Positions 42,901 to 58,600 of a stretch of 64,000 nucleotides of DNA are shown piece by piece. Positions within the stretch are counted from its first letter, which is position 1; each line of letters opens with the position of its first letter. The translations under genes were made by a program, and so were the position numbers. Origin of the DNA: the human T2T-CHM13v2.0 reference genome, Homo sapiens. The DNA lies in assembly GCF_009914755.1 (NCBI RefSeq), contig NC_060940.1, one strand, 5' to 3'. A model generated the notes under the pieces. It was not told the DNA's origin, did not search any database, and saw nothing but the letters and a program-made list of their open reading frames with translations.

Positions 42901-44151
42901 TCAATTCCATTCTATGATGATTCCATTCGAGTCCATTCGATGATTCCATTCGATTGCATTCGATGATTCCATTATATTCCATTCAACGATGATTCCATTC
43001 GAGTCCATTTCATGATTCCATTAGAGTACATTTAATGATTGCTTTGTTTTCAATTCGAAGATGATTACATTCGATTCCATTCTATGATACCATTCGATTC
43101 CATTCAATGATGATTCCTCTCAAATCCATTGGATGATTCCATTCGTGTCCATTCGGTGATTTCATTAGATTCCATTCGAGGATGATTCCATTCGATTCCA
43201 TTCGATGATTCCATTCAATTCCATTCGATGATGATTCCATTCCAGTCCATATGATCATTCCATTTGATTTCATTCGATGATGATTCCATTCGATTCCATT
43301 CGATGATTCCATTCTATTCCATTCGATGATGATTCCATTCGAGTCCATTCGATGATTCCATTCGAGTCCATTTAATGATTCCATTGGGTTCAATTCAATG
43401 ATGATTACATTGGATTCCGTTCTATGATTCCATTCAATTCCGTTCATAGACAATTTGATTCCATTCGATGATGATTCCATTTGAGTTCATTCGATGATTC
43501 TATTCGATTCTCTTCGATGGTGATTCAATTCTATTATATTGGATGATTCCATTCGATTCCATTTGATGTTGATTCAATTCGATTCTATTCGATGATGATT
43601 CCATTGGATTTCACTTGATGATTCTATTCGATTCCATTCAATGATGATTCACTTCTCGTCCATTGGATGATTCCATTTCATTCCATTCGATGATGATTCC
43701 ATTCGATTCCATTCGATGATTCCATTTGATTCCATGCGACGGTGAGCAATTCGATTCAATTCCATGATGATTCTATTTGATTCAATTAGATGATGTTTCC
43801 ATTCGAATCCATTCCATGATTATTCCATTGGAATCCATTTGGCGATGATTCCATATGAGTCAATTCAATGATGATTCCATATAGGTCCGTTCGATGATAA
43901 TTCCATTTGATTTCATTCGATGCTTCTATTCTATTCCAGTCGATGATGATTCCGTTGGAGTCCATACGATGATTCCATTTGATTTCATTTGATGATGATT
44001 CCATTCGATGATGATTACATTGGATTCCATTCTATGATTCCATTCAATTCCATTCGTTGATGATTCGATTCCATTCAATGATGATTCCATTTGAGTTCAT
44101 TCGATGATTCTATTCGATTCCGTTCGATGGTGATTCAGTTCTATTATATAG
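37000..44151 (+). repeat. A+C unit carrying a 1,299-bp insertion (7,152 bp total)
   Basis: ORF 37633 to 44785 = 7,152. It matches 10689-16540 at offset 26,311/26,312 up to 40260 and at 27,611 after ~41559. Confidence 0.78.
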
Positions 44152-47100
44152 GATGATTCCACTCGATTCCATTTGATGATTATTCCATTGTAGTCCACTT
44201 AGTGAATCCTTTAGATTCTACTCGAAGATGATTCCATTCGAGTCCATTCGATGATACCATTCAATTTCATTCGTTGATGCTTCCATTCAAGTGCATTCGA
44301 TGATATCATTCGATTCCATTTGATGATAATTCCATTTGATTCCATGCGATGATTCTATTCGATTCCATTCAATGATAATTCCATTCAATTCAGTGATTCC
44401 TCTGGACTCCATTTGATGATGATTCCATTCAATGATTCCATTCGATTCTATTCCAAAATGATTCCATTTGAATCCATTTGATGATGATTCCATTAGATTC
44501 CATTTGATGATTCCATTCGATTCCATTTGACGATGATTCCATTCGATTCCATTTGATGATTCCATTCTATTCTATTCGATGATGATTCCATTCCATTCCA
44601 TTTGATGATGATTGGATTCGATTCCATTTGATGATTTCATTTGATTCCATTCGTTAATGATTTCGATCAACTCCATTCGATGATTCCATTTGATTCCATT
44701 CGATAATGATTACATCCGAGTCCATTCGATGATTCCATTTGAGCCCGTTCGATAATTCCATTTGAGTCCAATCAATGATTCCATTCATTTCCATTCAATG
44801 ATTCCATTCGAGTCCATTTGATCATTCTGGTAGGGTCCGTTCGATGTTGATTCCATTGGAGTGCATTCGATGATTCCATTCGAGTCCATTTTAGGATTTG
44901 ATTCGAGTCCTTTCGATGATTCCATTCGATTCCACTCGATGATGATTTCATTCGAGTCCATTCGACACTTCCAATCGATTCCATTTGATGTTTCCATTCG
45001 AGTCCAATTGATGATTCCATTCAATTCCATTCGATGATGATTCCGTACGATTCCATTCTGTGATGATTCCATGTGATTGCATTCAATGATGATTCCTTTA
45101 GATTGCATTCGATTGTGATTCATTTCGTCTTCATTCTATGGTTCCACAGGTTTCCATTCGTGTCCATTCCATTATTCCATTCTATTCCATTTGGTGATGA
45201 TTCCATTCGATTCCATTCATTGGTGATTCCACTCAATTCCATTCAATGATTCCATTCCATTTCTTTCAACAATGATTCCATTAGTTTCTAATCGATGATC
45301 CACTTGATTCCATTTGACGACGATTCCATTCTTGTCCATTCGATGATTCCATTTGATTCCATATGATGATGATTCCATTCGATTCCATACCATGATGATT
45401 CCATTCGAGTCCATTCAATGGTGATTCCATTCAATTCCATTCGATGATTCCTTTCGATTCCATTCGATGATGATGGCATTCGATTCCTTTCAATCATTCC
45501 CTTTGATTCCATTCAAAGGTGATTTCATTCAAGTCCATTCGATAATTGCATTCGATTCCATTCTATGATGATTCCATTCGAGTCCATTTGATGATTCCAT
45601 TCAATTCAAGTCAATGATGATTCCATTCGATTCCATTCGATGATTCCATTGGATTCCATTCGATGATGATTCCATTCAAATCCATTCGATAATTCAATTC
45701 AAGTCCATTCGATGATGATTAAAATCGAATCCATTCAAAGATTCCATTCAGTTCCATTCGATGATTCCCTTAGATTCCATTCGATGATTCCACTTGATTG
45801 CATTTACGATGATTCCATTCGATTCCATGTGATGATTCCATTCAATTCTATTCAATGCTGTTTCCATTTGATTCCATTCGACCATGATTGCCTTTGATTC
45901 CATTCAATGACTCCATTCGGTTCCTTTTGATGATGATTCCGTTCGATTCCATTTGATGATTCCATTTGATTCCATTGGATGAGTCCATTCGATTACATTC
46001 GATGATTATTCCATTCGAGTGCATTAGATGATTCCATTCGAGTCCATTCGATGATTCCATTCGATTCCATTCGATGTTGATTCTGTTCAAATCCATTCGA
46101 TGATTCCACTCGATTCCATTCGATGACTCCAGTTGATCCCATTCGATGATTTCCTTTGATTCCCTTTGATGATCATTCCATTTGATTCAATTCGGTGATT
46201 TCATTTGATTCCATTCAGTGATGTTTCCATTCGACTCCATTCGATGATGATTCCATTCGACTCCATTCGATTATGATTTCATTCAATTCCATTCGATAAT
46301 GATTCCCTTCGAGTCCATTCGATGATTCCATTCGATTCCATTCAACGATGATTTGATTCGTGTCCATTCGATGATTCCATTTGATTCCACTTGATGATGA
46401 TTCCATTCGAGTCCATTTGATGATTCCATTCAATTCCATTCTCCGATGATTTCTTTTGAGCCCATTCAATGCTTCCACTCGATTCCATATGATGATGACT
46501 CCATTCGATGAAATTCGATGATGATTCCCTTTGATTCCATTCAAAGATGATTCCATTCTAGCCCATTCAATCATTCCATTCGATTCTATTCAATGATGAT
46601 TCCATTCATGTCGATTTGGTGATTCCATTTGACTTCATTTGATGATGATTCCTTTCAAGTTCATTAGATGATTCCATTCGATTCCATTTGATGATGATCC
46701 CATTGGAGTCCATTCAGTGATTCCACTCGTTTCCATTCCATGATGATTCCATTCCATTCCATTCAATGATTACATTCGATTCCGTTTGATGATGATTTCA
46801 TTCGAGTCCATTTGATGATTCCATTTGATTCCATTCGATGATGATTCCATTCGATTCCATTCGATGATTCTATTCGAATCCATTTGATGATTTCTTTTGA
46901 TTATAGTTGGTGATGATTCCATTGGAGTCCATTCAATGATTCCATTCGATTCCAATCGATGGTGATTCCATTAGAGTCCATTTAATGATTCCATTTGATT
47001 CCAGTCTCTGATGATTACATTCGAGTCCATACGATGATTCCACTCAATTCCATATGATGATGATTCCATTCGATTCCATTCGATGATTCCATTCTATTCT

Positions 47101-50100
47101 ATTCAATGGTGATTCCATTCGAGTACATTAGATGATTCCATTCGATTCCATTCAATGATGATTCTATTTGTGTCCCTTAGATGATTCCACATGATTCCAT
47201 TATATGATGATACTATTTCAGCCCATCCAATTATTCCCTTCGATTCCATTCGATGAGGATTCCATTCGATTCAATTCATTGGTGATTCTATTCAATTCAA
47301 TTCTTTGATTCCATTCCATTCCATTCGACAATGATTCCATTCGATTTCTTTCGATGATTCCACTCGATTCCACTTGACATTGATTCCCTTCGATTCCATT
47401 CAATGATTCCATTTGATTCCAGTGGATGATGATTGCCATCGATTCCATTCGATCACTCCATTCTATTCCATTTGATGATGATTACATTCGATTCCATTTG
47501 ACGATTCCATCTGATTCTATTCGAGGATTCCATTTGATTCCATTCGATGATGATTCCATTCGAGTCCATTCGATGATTTCATTCGAGTACATCCAATGAT
47601 TCCATTCGAGTCCATTTGATGATTCCGTTTGATTCCATTTGATAATGATTCTACTAGAGTCCATTCAATGACTCCATTCGAGTCCATTCAACAATTCCAT
47701 TCGACTCCATTCGATGATTCCATTCGATTCCATTTGATGGTTCCATTCGAGTCCATTTAATCATTACAGTCGAGTCCATTTGGTGATTCCACTGGATTTC
47801 TTTTGATAATGATACCATTCAATTACATTTGATGATGATCCCATTCAATTTCATTGGATGATGATTCCATTAGAGTCCATTCGATGATTTCATTCGAGTC
47901 CCTTCATTGATTCCATCCGATTTCATTGGATGATGACTCCATTCGAGTCCATTCGATGATTCCACTCGATTCCATTAGATGACTCCATTGGAGTCCATTT
48001 GATTGTTCCATTCGATTCCATTCGATTCCTTTCGAAGATTATTCCATTTGAGTCCATTCGATGATGATTCCATTCCATTCCATTCGATGATTCCGTTTGA
48101 TTCCATTCGATGATTCCCTTCGATTCCTTTCTTTGATGATTCCATTCCATTCCATTCAATGATTCCATTCGAATCTATTCCATGATGATTCCTTTCGATT
48201 CCATTCGCTGATGTTTCCGTTCAATTCCATTCGATGATGATTCCATTCGATTCCATTCATTGAGGATTCCATTTGATTCCATTCAATGATGATTCCATTC
48301 TATTCCATTCAATGATTGCATTCAATTCCATTCAATGATTATCCCATTAGAATAAACTCAACGATTCCATTCAATACCATTCGATGATGATTCCTTTTGA
48401 GTCCATTCAATGATTTCATTCAAGTCCATTTGATGATTCCTTTCAATTCCATTCTATGATGATTCCATTCGAGTCCATTCGATGATTCCATTCGATTGCA
48501 TTCGATTATTCCATTATATTCCAGTCAACGGTGATTCCATTCGAGTCCATTCCATGATTCCATTAGAGTACATTTAATGATTGCTTTGTTTTCAATTCGA
48601 AGATGATTACATTGGATTCCATTCTATGATACCATTCGATTCCATTCAATGATGATTCCACTCAAATCCATTGGATGATTCCATTCCTGTCCATTCGGTG
48701 ATTTCATTAGATTCCATTCGAGGATGATTCCATTCGATTCCATTCGATGATTCCATTCAATTCCATTCGATGATGATTCCATTCCAGTCCATATGATCAT
48801 TCCATTTGATTTCATTCGATGATGATTCCATTCGATTCGATTCGACGATTCCATTCTATTCCATTCGATGATGATTCCATTCGAGTCCATTCGATGATTC
48901 CATTCGAGTCCATTTAATGATTCCATTGGGTTCAATTCAATGATGATTACATTGGATTCCGTTCTATGATTCCATTCAATTCCGTTCATTGACAATTTGA
49001 TTCCATTCGATGATGATTCCATTTGAGTTCATTCGATGATTCTATTCGATTCTCTTCGATGGTGATTCAATTCTATTATATTGGATGATTCCATTCGATT
49101 CCATTTGATGTTGATTCAATTCGATTCTATTCGATGATGATTCCATTGGATTTCACTTGATGATTCTATTCGATTCCATTCAATGATGATTCACTTCTCG
49201 TCCACTGGATGATTCCATTTCATTCCATTCGATGATGATTCCATTCGATTCCATTCGATGATTCCATTTGATTCCATGCGACGGTGAGCAATTCGATTCA
49301 ATTCCATGATGATTCTATTTGATTCAATTAGATGATGTTTCCATTCGAATCCATTCCATGATTATTCCATTGGAATCCATTCGGCGATGATTCCATATGA
49401 GTCAATTCAATGATGATTCCATATGGGTCCGTTCGATGATAATTCCATTTGATTTCATTCGATGCTTCTATTCTATTCCAGTCGATGATGATTCCGTTGG
49501 AGTCCATACGATGATTCCATTTGATTTCATTTGATGATGATTCCATTCGATGATGATTACATTGGATTCCATTCTATGATTCCATTCAATTCCATTCGTT
49601 GATGATTCGATTCCATTCAATGATGATTCCATTTGAGTTCATTCGATGATTCTATTCGATTCCGTTCGATGGTGATTCAATTCTATTATATTGGATGATT
49701 CCACTCGATTCCATTTGATGATTATTCCATTGGAGTCCACTTAGTGAATCCTTTAGATTCTACTCGACGATGATTCCATTCGAGTCCATTCGATGATACC
49801 ATTCAATTCCATTCGTTGATGCTTCCATTCAAGTGCATTCGATGATATCATTCGATTCCATTTGATGATAATTCCATTTGATTCCATGCGATGATTCTAT
49901 TCGATTCCATTCAATGATAATTCCATTCAATTCAGTGATTCCTCTGGACTCCATTTGATGATGATTCCATTCAATGATTCCATTCGATTCTATTCCAAAA
50001 TGATTCCATTTGAATCCATTTGATGATGATTCCATTAGATTCCATTTGATGATTCCATTCGATTCCATTTGACGATGATTCCATTCGATTCCATTTGATG

Positions 50101-53100
50101 ATTCCATTCTATTCTATTCGATGATGATTCCATTCCATTCCATTTGATGATGATTGGATTCGATTCCATTTGATGATTTCATTTGATTCCATTCGTTAAT
50201 GATTTCGATCAACTCCATTCGATGATTCCATTTGATTCCATTCGATAATGATTACATCCGAGTCCATTTGATGATTCCATTTGAGCCCGTTCGATAATTC
50301 CATTTGAGTCCAATCAATGATTCCATTCATTTCCATTCAATGATTCCATTCGAGTCCATTTGATCATTCTGGTAGGGTCCGTTCGATGTTGATTCCATTG
50401 GAGTGCATTCGATGATTCCATTCGAGTCCATTTTAGGATTTGATTCGAGTCCTTTCGATGATTCCATTCGATTCCACTCGATGATGATTTCATTCGAGTC
50501 CATTCGACACTTCCAATCGATTCCATTTGATGTTTCCATTCGAGTCCAATTGATGATTCCATTCAATTCCATTCGATGATGATTCCGTACGATTCCATTC
50601 TGTGATGATTCCATGTGATTGCATTCAATGATGATTCCTTTAGATTGCATTCGATTGTGATTCATTTCGTCTTCATTCTATGGTTCCACAGGTTTCCATT
50701 CGTGTCCATTCCATTATTCCATTCTATTCCATTTGGTGATGATTCCATTCGATTCCATTCATTGGTGATTCCACTCAATTCCATTCAATGATTCCATTCC
50801 ATTTCTTTCAACAATGATTCCATTAGTTTCTAATCGATGATCCACTTGATTCCATTTGACGACGATTCCATTCTTGTCCATTCGATGATTCCATTTGATT
50901 CCATATGATGATGATTCCATTCGATTCCATACCATGATGATTCCATTCGAGTCCATTCAATGGTGATTCCATTCAATTCCATTCGATGATTCCTTTCGAT
51001 TCCATTCGATGATGATGGCATTCGATTCCTTTCAATCATTCCCTTTGATTCCATTCAAAGGTGATTTCATTCAAGTCCATTCGATAATTGCATTCGATTC
51101 CATTCTATGATGATTCCATTCGAGTCCATTTGATGATTCCATTCAATTCAAGTCAATGATGATTCCATTCGATTCCATTCGATGATTCCATTGGATTCCA
51201 TTCGATGATGATTCCATTCAAATCCATTCGATAATTCAATTCAAGTCCATTCGATGATGATTAAAATCGAATCCATTCAAAGATTCCATTCAGTTCCATT
51301 CGATGATTCCCTTAGATTCCATTCGATGATTCCACTTGATTGCATTTACGATGATTCCATTCGATTCCATGTGATGATTCCATTCAATTCTATTCAATGC
51401 TGTTTCCATTTGATTCCATTCGACCATGATTGCCTTTGATTCCATTCAATGACTCCATTCGGTTCCTTTTGATGATGATTCCGTTCGATTCCATTTGATG
51501 ATTCCATTTGATTCCATTGGATGAGTCCATTCGATTACATTCGATGATTATTCCATTCGAGTGCATTAGATGATTCCATTCGAGTCCATTCGATGATTCC
51601 ATTCGATTCCATTCGATGTTGATTCTGTTCAAATCCATTCGATGATTCCACTCGATTCCATTCGATGACTCCAGTTGATCCCATTCGATGATTTCCTTTG
51701 ATTCCCTTTGATGATCATTCCATTTGATTCAATTCGGTGATTTCATTTGATTCCATTCAGTGATGTTTCCATTCGACTCCATTCGATGATGATTCCATTC
51801 GACTCCATTCGATTATGATTTCATTCAATTCCATTCGATAATGATTCCCTTCGAGTCCATTCGATGATTCCATTCGATTCCATTCAACGATGATTTGATT
51901 CGTGTCCATTCGATGATTCCATTTGATTCCACTTGATGATGATTCCATTCGAGTCCATTTGATGATTCCATTCAATTCCATTCTCCGATGATTTCTTTTG
52001 AGCCCATTCAATGCTTCCACTCGATTCCATATGATGATGACTCCATTCGATGAAATTCGATGATGATTCCCTTTGATTCCATTCAAAGATGATTCCATTC
52101 TAGCCCATTCAATCATTCCATTCGATTCTATTCAATGATGATTCCATTCATGTCGATTTGGTGATTCCATTTGACTTCATTTGATGATGATTCCTTTCAA
52201 GTTCATTAGATGATTCCATTCGATTCCATTTGATGATGATCCCATTGGAGTCCATTCAGTGATTCCACTCGTTTCCATTCCATGATGATTCCATTCCATT
52301 CCATTCAATGATTACATTCGATTCCGTTTGATGATGATTTCATTCGAGTCCATTTGATGATTCCATTTGATTCCATTCGATGATGATTCCATTCGATTCC
52401 ATTCGATGATTCTATTCGAATCCATTTGATGATTTCTTTTGATTATAGTTGGTGATGATTCCATTGGAGTCCATTCAATGATTCCACTCGATTCCAATCG
52501 ATGGTGATTCCATTAGAGTCCATTTAATGATTCCATTTGATTCCAGTCTCTGATGATTACATTCGAGTCCATACGATGATTCCACTCAATTCCATATGAT
52601 GATGATTCCATTCGATTCCATTCGATGATTCCATTCTATTCTATTCAATGGTGATTCCATTCGAGTACATTAGATGATTCCATTCGATTCCATTCAATGA
52701 TGATTCTATTTGTGTCCCTTAGATGATTCCACATGATTCCATTATATGATGATACTATTTCAGCCCATCCAATTATTCCCTTCGATTCCATTCGATGAGG
52801 ATTCCATTCGATTCAATTCATTGGTGATTCTATTCAATTCAATTCTTTGATTCCATTCCATTCCATTCGACAATGATTCCATTCGATTTCTTTCGATGAT
52901 TCCACTCGATTCCACTTGACATTGATTCCATTCGATTCCATTCAATGATTCCATTTGATTCCAGTGGATGATGATTGCCATCGATTCCATTCGATCACTC
53001 CATTCTATTCCATTTGATGATGATTACATTCGATTCCATTTGACGATTCCATCTGATTCTATTCGAGGATTCCATTTGATTCCATTCGATGATGATTCCA

Positions 53101-55235
53101 TTCGAGTCCATTCGATGATTTCATTCGAGTACATCCAATGATTCCATTCGAGTCCATTTGATGATTCCGTTTGATTCCATTTGATAATGATTCTACTAGA
53201 GTCCATTCAATGACTCCATTCGAGTCCATTCAACAATTCCATTCGACTCCATTCGATGATTCCATTCGATTCCATTTGATGGTTCCATTCGAGTCCATTT
53301 AATCATTACAGTCGAGTCCATTTGGTGATTCCACTGGATTTCTTTTGATAATGATACCATTCAATTACATTTGATGATGATCCCATTCAATTTCATTGGA
53401 TGATGATTCCATTAGAGTCCATTCGATGATTTCATTCGAGTCCCTTCATTGATTCCATCCGATTTCATTGGATGATGACTCCATTCGAGTCCATTCGATG
53501 ATTCCACTCGATTCCATTAGATGACTCCATTGGAGTCCATTTGATTGTTCCATTCGATTCCATTCGATTCCTTTCGAAGATTATTCCATTTGAGTCCATT
53601 CGATGATGATTCCATTCCATTCCATTCGATGATTCCGTTTGATTCCATTCGATGATTCCCTTCGATTCCTTTCTTTGATGATTCCATTCCATTCCATTCA
53701 ATGATTCCATTCGAATCTATTCCATGATGATTCCTTTCGATTCCATTCGCTGATGTTTCCGTTCAATTCCATTCGATGATGATTCCATTCGATTCCATTC
53801 ATTGAGGATTCCATTTGATTCCATTCAATGATGATTCCATTCTATTCCATTCAATGATTGCATTCAATTCCATTCAATGATTATCCCATTAGAATAAACT
53901 CAACGATTCCATTCAATACCATTCGATGATGATTCCTTTTGAGTCCATTCAATGATTTCATTCAAGTCCATTTGATGATTCCTTTCAATTCCATTCTATG
54001 ATGATTCCATTCGAGTCCATTCGATGATTCCATTCGATTGCATTCGATTATTCCATTATATTCCAGTCAACGGTGATTCCATTCGAGTCCATTCCATGAT
54101 TCCATTAGAGTACATTTAATGATTGCTTTGTTTTCAATTCGAAGATGATTACATTGGATTCCATTCTATGATACCATTCGATTCCATTCAATGATGATTC
54201 CACTCAAATCCATTGGATGATTCCATTCGTGTCCATTCGGTGATTTCATTAGATTCCATTCGAGGATGATTCCATTCGATTCCATTCGATGATTCCATTC
54301 AATTCCATTCGATGATGATTCCATTCCAGTCCATATGATCATTCCATTTGATTTCATTCGATGATGATTCCATTCGATTCGATTCGACGATTCCATTCTA
54401 TTCCATTCGATGATGATTCCATTCGAGTCCATTCGATGATTCCATTCGAGTCCATTTAATGATTCCATTGGGTTCAATTCAATGATGATTACATTGGATT
54501 CCGTTCTATGATTCCATTCAATTCCGTTCATTGACAATTTGATTCCATTCGATGATGATTCCATTTGAGTTCATTCGATGATTCTATTCGATTCTGTTCG
54601 ATGGTGATTCAATTCTATTATATTGGATGATTCCATTCGATTCCATTTGATGTTGATTCAATTCGATTCTATTCGATGATGATTCCATTGGATTTCACTT
54701 GATGATTCTATTCGATTCCATTCAATGATGATTCACTTCTCGTCCACTGGATGATTCCATTTCATTCCATTCGATGATGATTCCATTCGATTCCATTCGA
54801 TGATTCCATTTGATTCCATGCGACGGTGAGCAATTCGATTCAATTCCATGATGATTCTATTTGATTCAATTAGATGATGTTTCCATTCGAATCCATTCCA
54901 TGATTATTCCATTGGAATCCATTCGGCGATGATTCCATATGAGTCAATTCAATGATGATTCCATATGGGTCCGTTCGATGATAATTCCATTTGATTTCAT
55001 TCGATGCTTCTATTCTATTCCAGTCGATGATGATTCCGTTGGAGTCCATACGATGATTCCATTTGATTTCATTTGATGATGATTCCATTCGATGATGATT
55101 ACATTGGATTCCATTCTATGATTCCATTCAATTCCATTCGTTGATGATTCGATTCCATTCAATGATGATTCCATTTGAGTTCATTCGATGATTCTATTCG
55201 ATTCCGTTCGATGGTGATTCAATTCTATTATATTG
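44152..55235 (+). repeat. Two tandem, near-identical 5,542-bp A+C units with a 570-bp deletion (44152-49693, 49694-55235)
   Basis: ORF series 44785/50327/55869, 43082/48624/54166 and 46215/51757 all have an exact 5,542 period. Both units share the junction GAAATTCGATGATGATTCCCTTTG. Confidence 0.9.
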
Positions 55236-55639
55236 GATGATTCCACTCGATTCCATTTGATGATTATTCCATTGGAGTCCACTTAGTGAATCCTTTAGAT
55301 TCTACTCGACGATGATTCCATTCGAGTCCATTCGATGATACCATTCAATTCCATTCGTTGATGCTTCCATTCAAGTGCATTCGATGATATCATTCGATTC
55401 CATTTGATGATAATTCCATTTGATTCCATGCGATGATTCTATTCGATTCCATTCAATGATAATTCCATTCAATTCAGTGATTCCTCTGGACTCCATTTGA
55501 TGATGATTCCATTCAATGATTCCATTCGATTCTATTCGAAAATGATTCCATTTGAATCCATTTGATGATGATTCCATTAGATTCCATTTGATGATTCCAT
55601 TCGATTCCATTCGACGATGATTCCATTCGATTCCGTTTG

Positions 55640-58600
55640 ATGATTCCATTCTATTCTATTCGATGATGATTCCATTCGATTCCATTCGATGATGATTGGA
55701 TTCGATTCCATTTGATGATTTCATTTGATTCCATTCGTTAATGATTTCGATCAATTCCATTCGATGATTCCATTCGATTCCATTCAATAATGATTACATC
55801 CGAGTCCATTCGATGATTCCCTTTGAGCCTGTTCGATAATTCCATTTGAGTCCAACCAATGATTCCATTCATTTCCATTCAATGATTCCATTCGAGTCCA
55901 TTTGATCATTCCGGTAGGGTCCATTCGATGTTGATTCCATTGGAGTGCATTCGATGATTCCATTCGAGTCCATTTTAGGATTTGATTCGAGTCCTTTCGA
56001 TGATTCCATTCGATTCCACTCGATGATTTCATTCGAGTCCATTTGACACTTCCAATCGATTCCATTTGATGATTCCATTCGAGTCCAATTGATGATTCCA
56101 TTCAATTCCATTCGATGATGATTCCGTACAATTCCATTCTGTGATGATTCCATGTGATTGCATTCAATGATGATTCCTTTCGATTGCATTCGATTATGAT
56201 TCATTTCGTGTTCATTCTATGGTTCCACAGGTTTCCATTCGTGTCCATTCCATTATTCCATTCTATTCCATTTGATGATGATTCCATTCGATTCCATTCA
56301 TTGGTGATTCCACTCAATTCCATTCAATGATTCCATTCCATTTCTTTCAACAATGATTCCATTAGTTTCTAATCGATGATCCACTTGATTCCATTTGACG
56401 ACGATTCCATTCTTGTCCATTCGATGATTCCATTTGATTCCATATGATGATGATTCCATTCGATTCCATACCATGATGATTCCATTCGAGTCCATTCAAT
56501 GGTGATTCCATTCAATTCCATTCGATGATTCCTTTTGATTCCATTCGATGATGATTGCATTCGATTCCTTTCAATCATTCCCTTTGATTCCATTCAAAAG
56601 TGATTTCATTCAAGTCCATTCGATAATTGCATTCGATTCCATTCTATGATGATTCCATTCGAGTCCATTTGATGATTCCATTCAATTCAAGTCAATGATG
56701 ATTCCATTCGATTCCATTCGATGATTCCATTGGATTCCATTCGATGATGATTCCATTCAAATCCATTCGATAATTCAATTCAAGTCCATTCGATGATGAT
56801 TCCAATCGAATCCATTCAAAGATTCCATTCAGTTCCATTCGATGATTCCCTTAGATTCCATTCGATGATTCCACTTGATTGCATTTACGATGATTCCATT
56901 CGATTCCATGTGATGATTCCATTCAATTCTATTCAATGATGTCTCCATTTGATTCCATTCGACCATGATTGCCTTTGATTCCATTCAATGATTCCATTCG
57001 GTTCCGTTTGATGATGATTCCGTTCGATTCCATTTGATGATTCCATTTGATTCCATTGGATGAGTCCATTCGATTACATTCGATGATTATTCCATTCGAG
57101 TGCATTAGATGATTCCATTCGAGTCCATTCGATGATTCCATTCGATTCCATTCGATGTTGATTCTGTTCAAATCCATTCGATGATTCCACTCGATTCCAT
57201 TCGTTGACTCCATTTGATCCCATTCGATGATTTCCTTTGATTCCCTTTGATGATCATTCCATTTGATTCAATTCGGTGATTTCATTTGATTCCATTCAGT
57301 GATGTTTCCATTCGACTCCATTCGATGATGATTCCATTCGACTCCATTCGATTATGATTTCATTCAATTCCATTCGATAATGATTCCCTTCGAGTCCATT
57401 CGATGATTCCATTCGATTCCATTCAACGATGATTTGATTCGTGTCCATTCGATGATTCCATTTGATTCCACTTGATGATGATTCCATTCGAGTCCATTTG
57501 ATGATTCCATTCAATTCCATACTCCGATGATTTCTTTTGAGCCCACTCAATGCTTCCACTCGATTCCATATGATGATGACTCCATTCGATGAAATTCGAT
57601 GATGATTCCATTCGCTTGCTTTCGATGATGATTCCACTTGAGTCCGTTAGAAGATTCTATTCAATTACATTCCATGACGATTCCGTTCGAGTCCATTTGA
57701 TGATTCCATTAGACTCCATTCGACGATGATTCCATTCGATGTTATTCGATGATTCCATTCGATCTCATTCGATGATGATTCCATTCAACTCCATTCGATG
57801 TTTCCATTCGAGTTCATTCTATTATTCCATTAGATTCCATTCGATGATGATTCCATTCGATTCCATTTGATGATTGCATTCTATTTCATTTGATGATGAT
57901 TCCATTCGAGTCCACTCGATGATTCCATTCGAGTCCATTTAATGAATCCATTGGTTTCAATTCTATGATGATTACATTGGATTCCATTCGTTGATGATTT
58001 CATTCGGTTCCATTCAAGGATGATTCCATTCAATTCCTTTCAATGTTTCCATTCAATTCCATACGATGATGATTCCATTTGATTTGATTCGACAGTGAGC
58101 CATTCGATTCAATTCCATGATGATTCTATTTGATTCAATTGGTTGACATTTCCATTCGATTCCATTCGATGATGATTCCCTTTGATTCCGTTCAAAGATG
58201 ATTCCATTCTAGCCCATTCAATCATTCCATTCGATTCTATTCAATGATGATTCCATTCATGTCGATTTGGTGATTCCATTTGACTTCATTTGATGATGAT
58301 TCCTTTCAAGTTCATTAGATGATTCCATTCGATTCCATTTGATGATGATCCCATTCGAGTCCATTCAGTGATTCCATTCGTTTCCATTCCATGATGATTC
58401 CATTCCTTTCCATTCAATGATTCCATTCGATTCCGTTTGATGATGATTTCATTCGAGTCCATTTGATGATTCCATTTGATTCCATTCGATGATGATTCCA
58501 TTCGAGTCCATTCGATGATTCTATTCGAATCCATTTGATGATTTCTTTTGATTATATTTGGTGATGATTCCATTGGAGTCCATTCAATGATTCCATTCTA

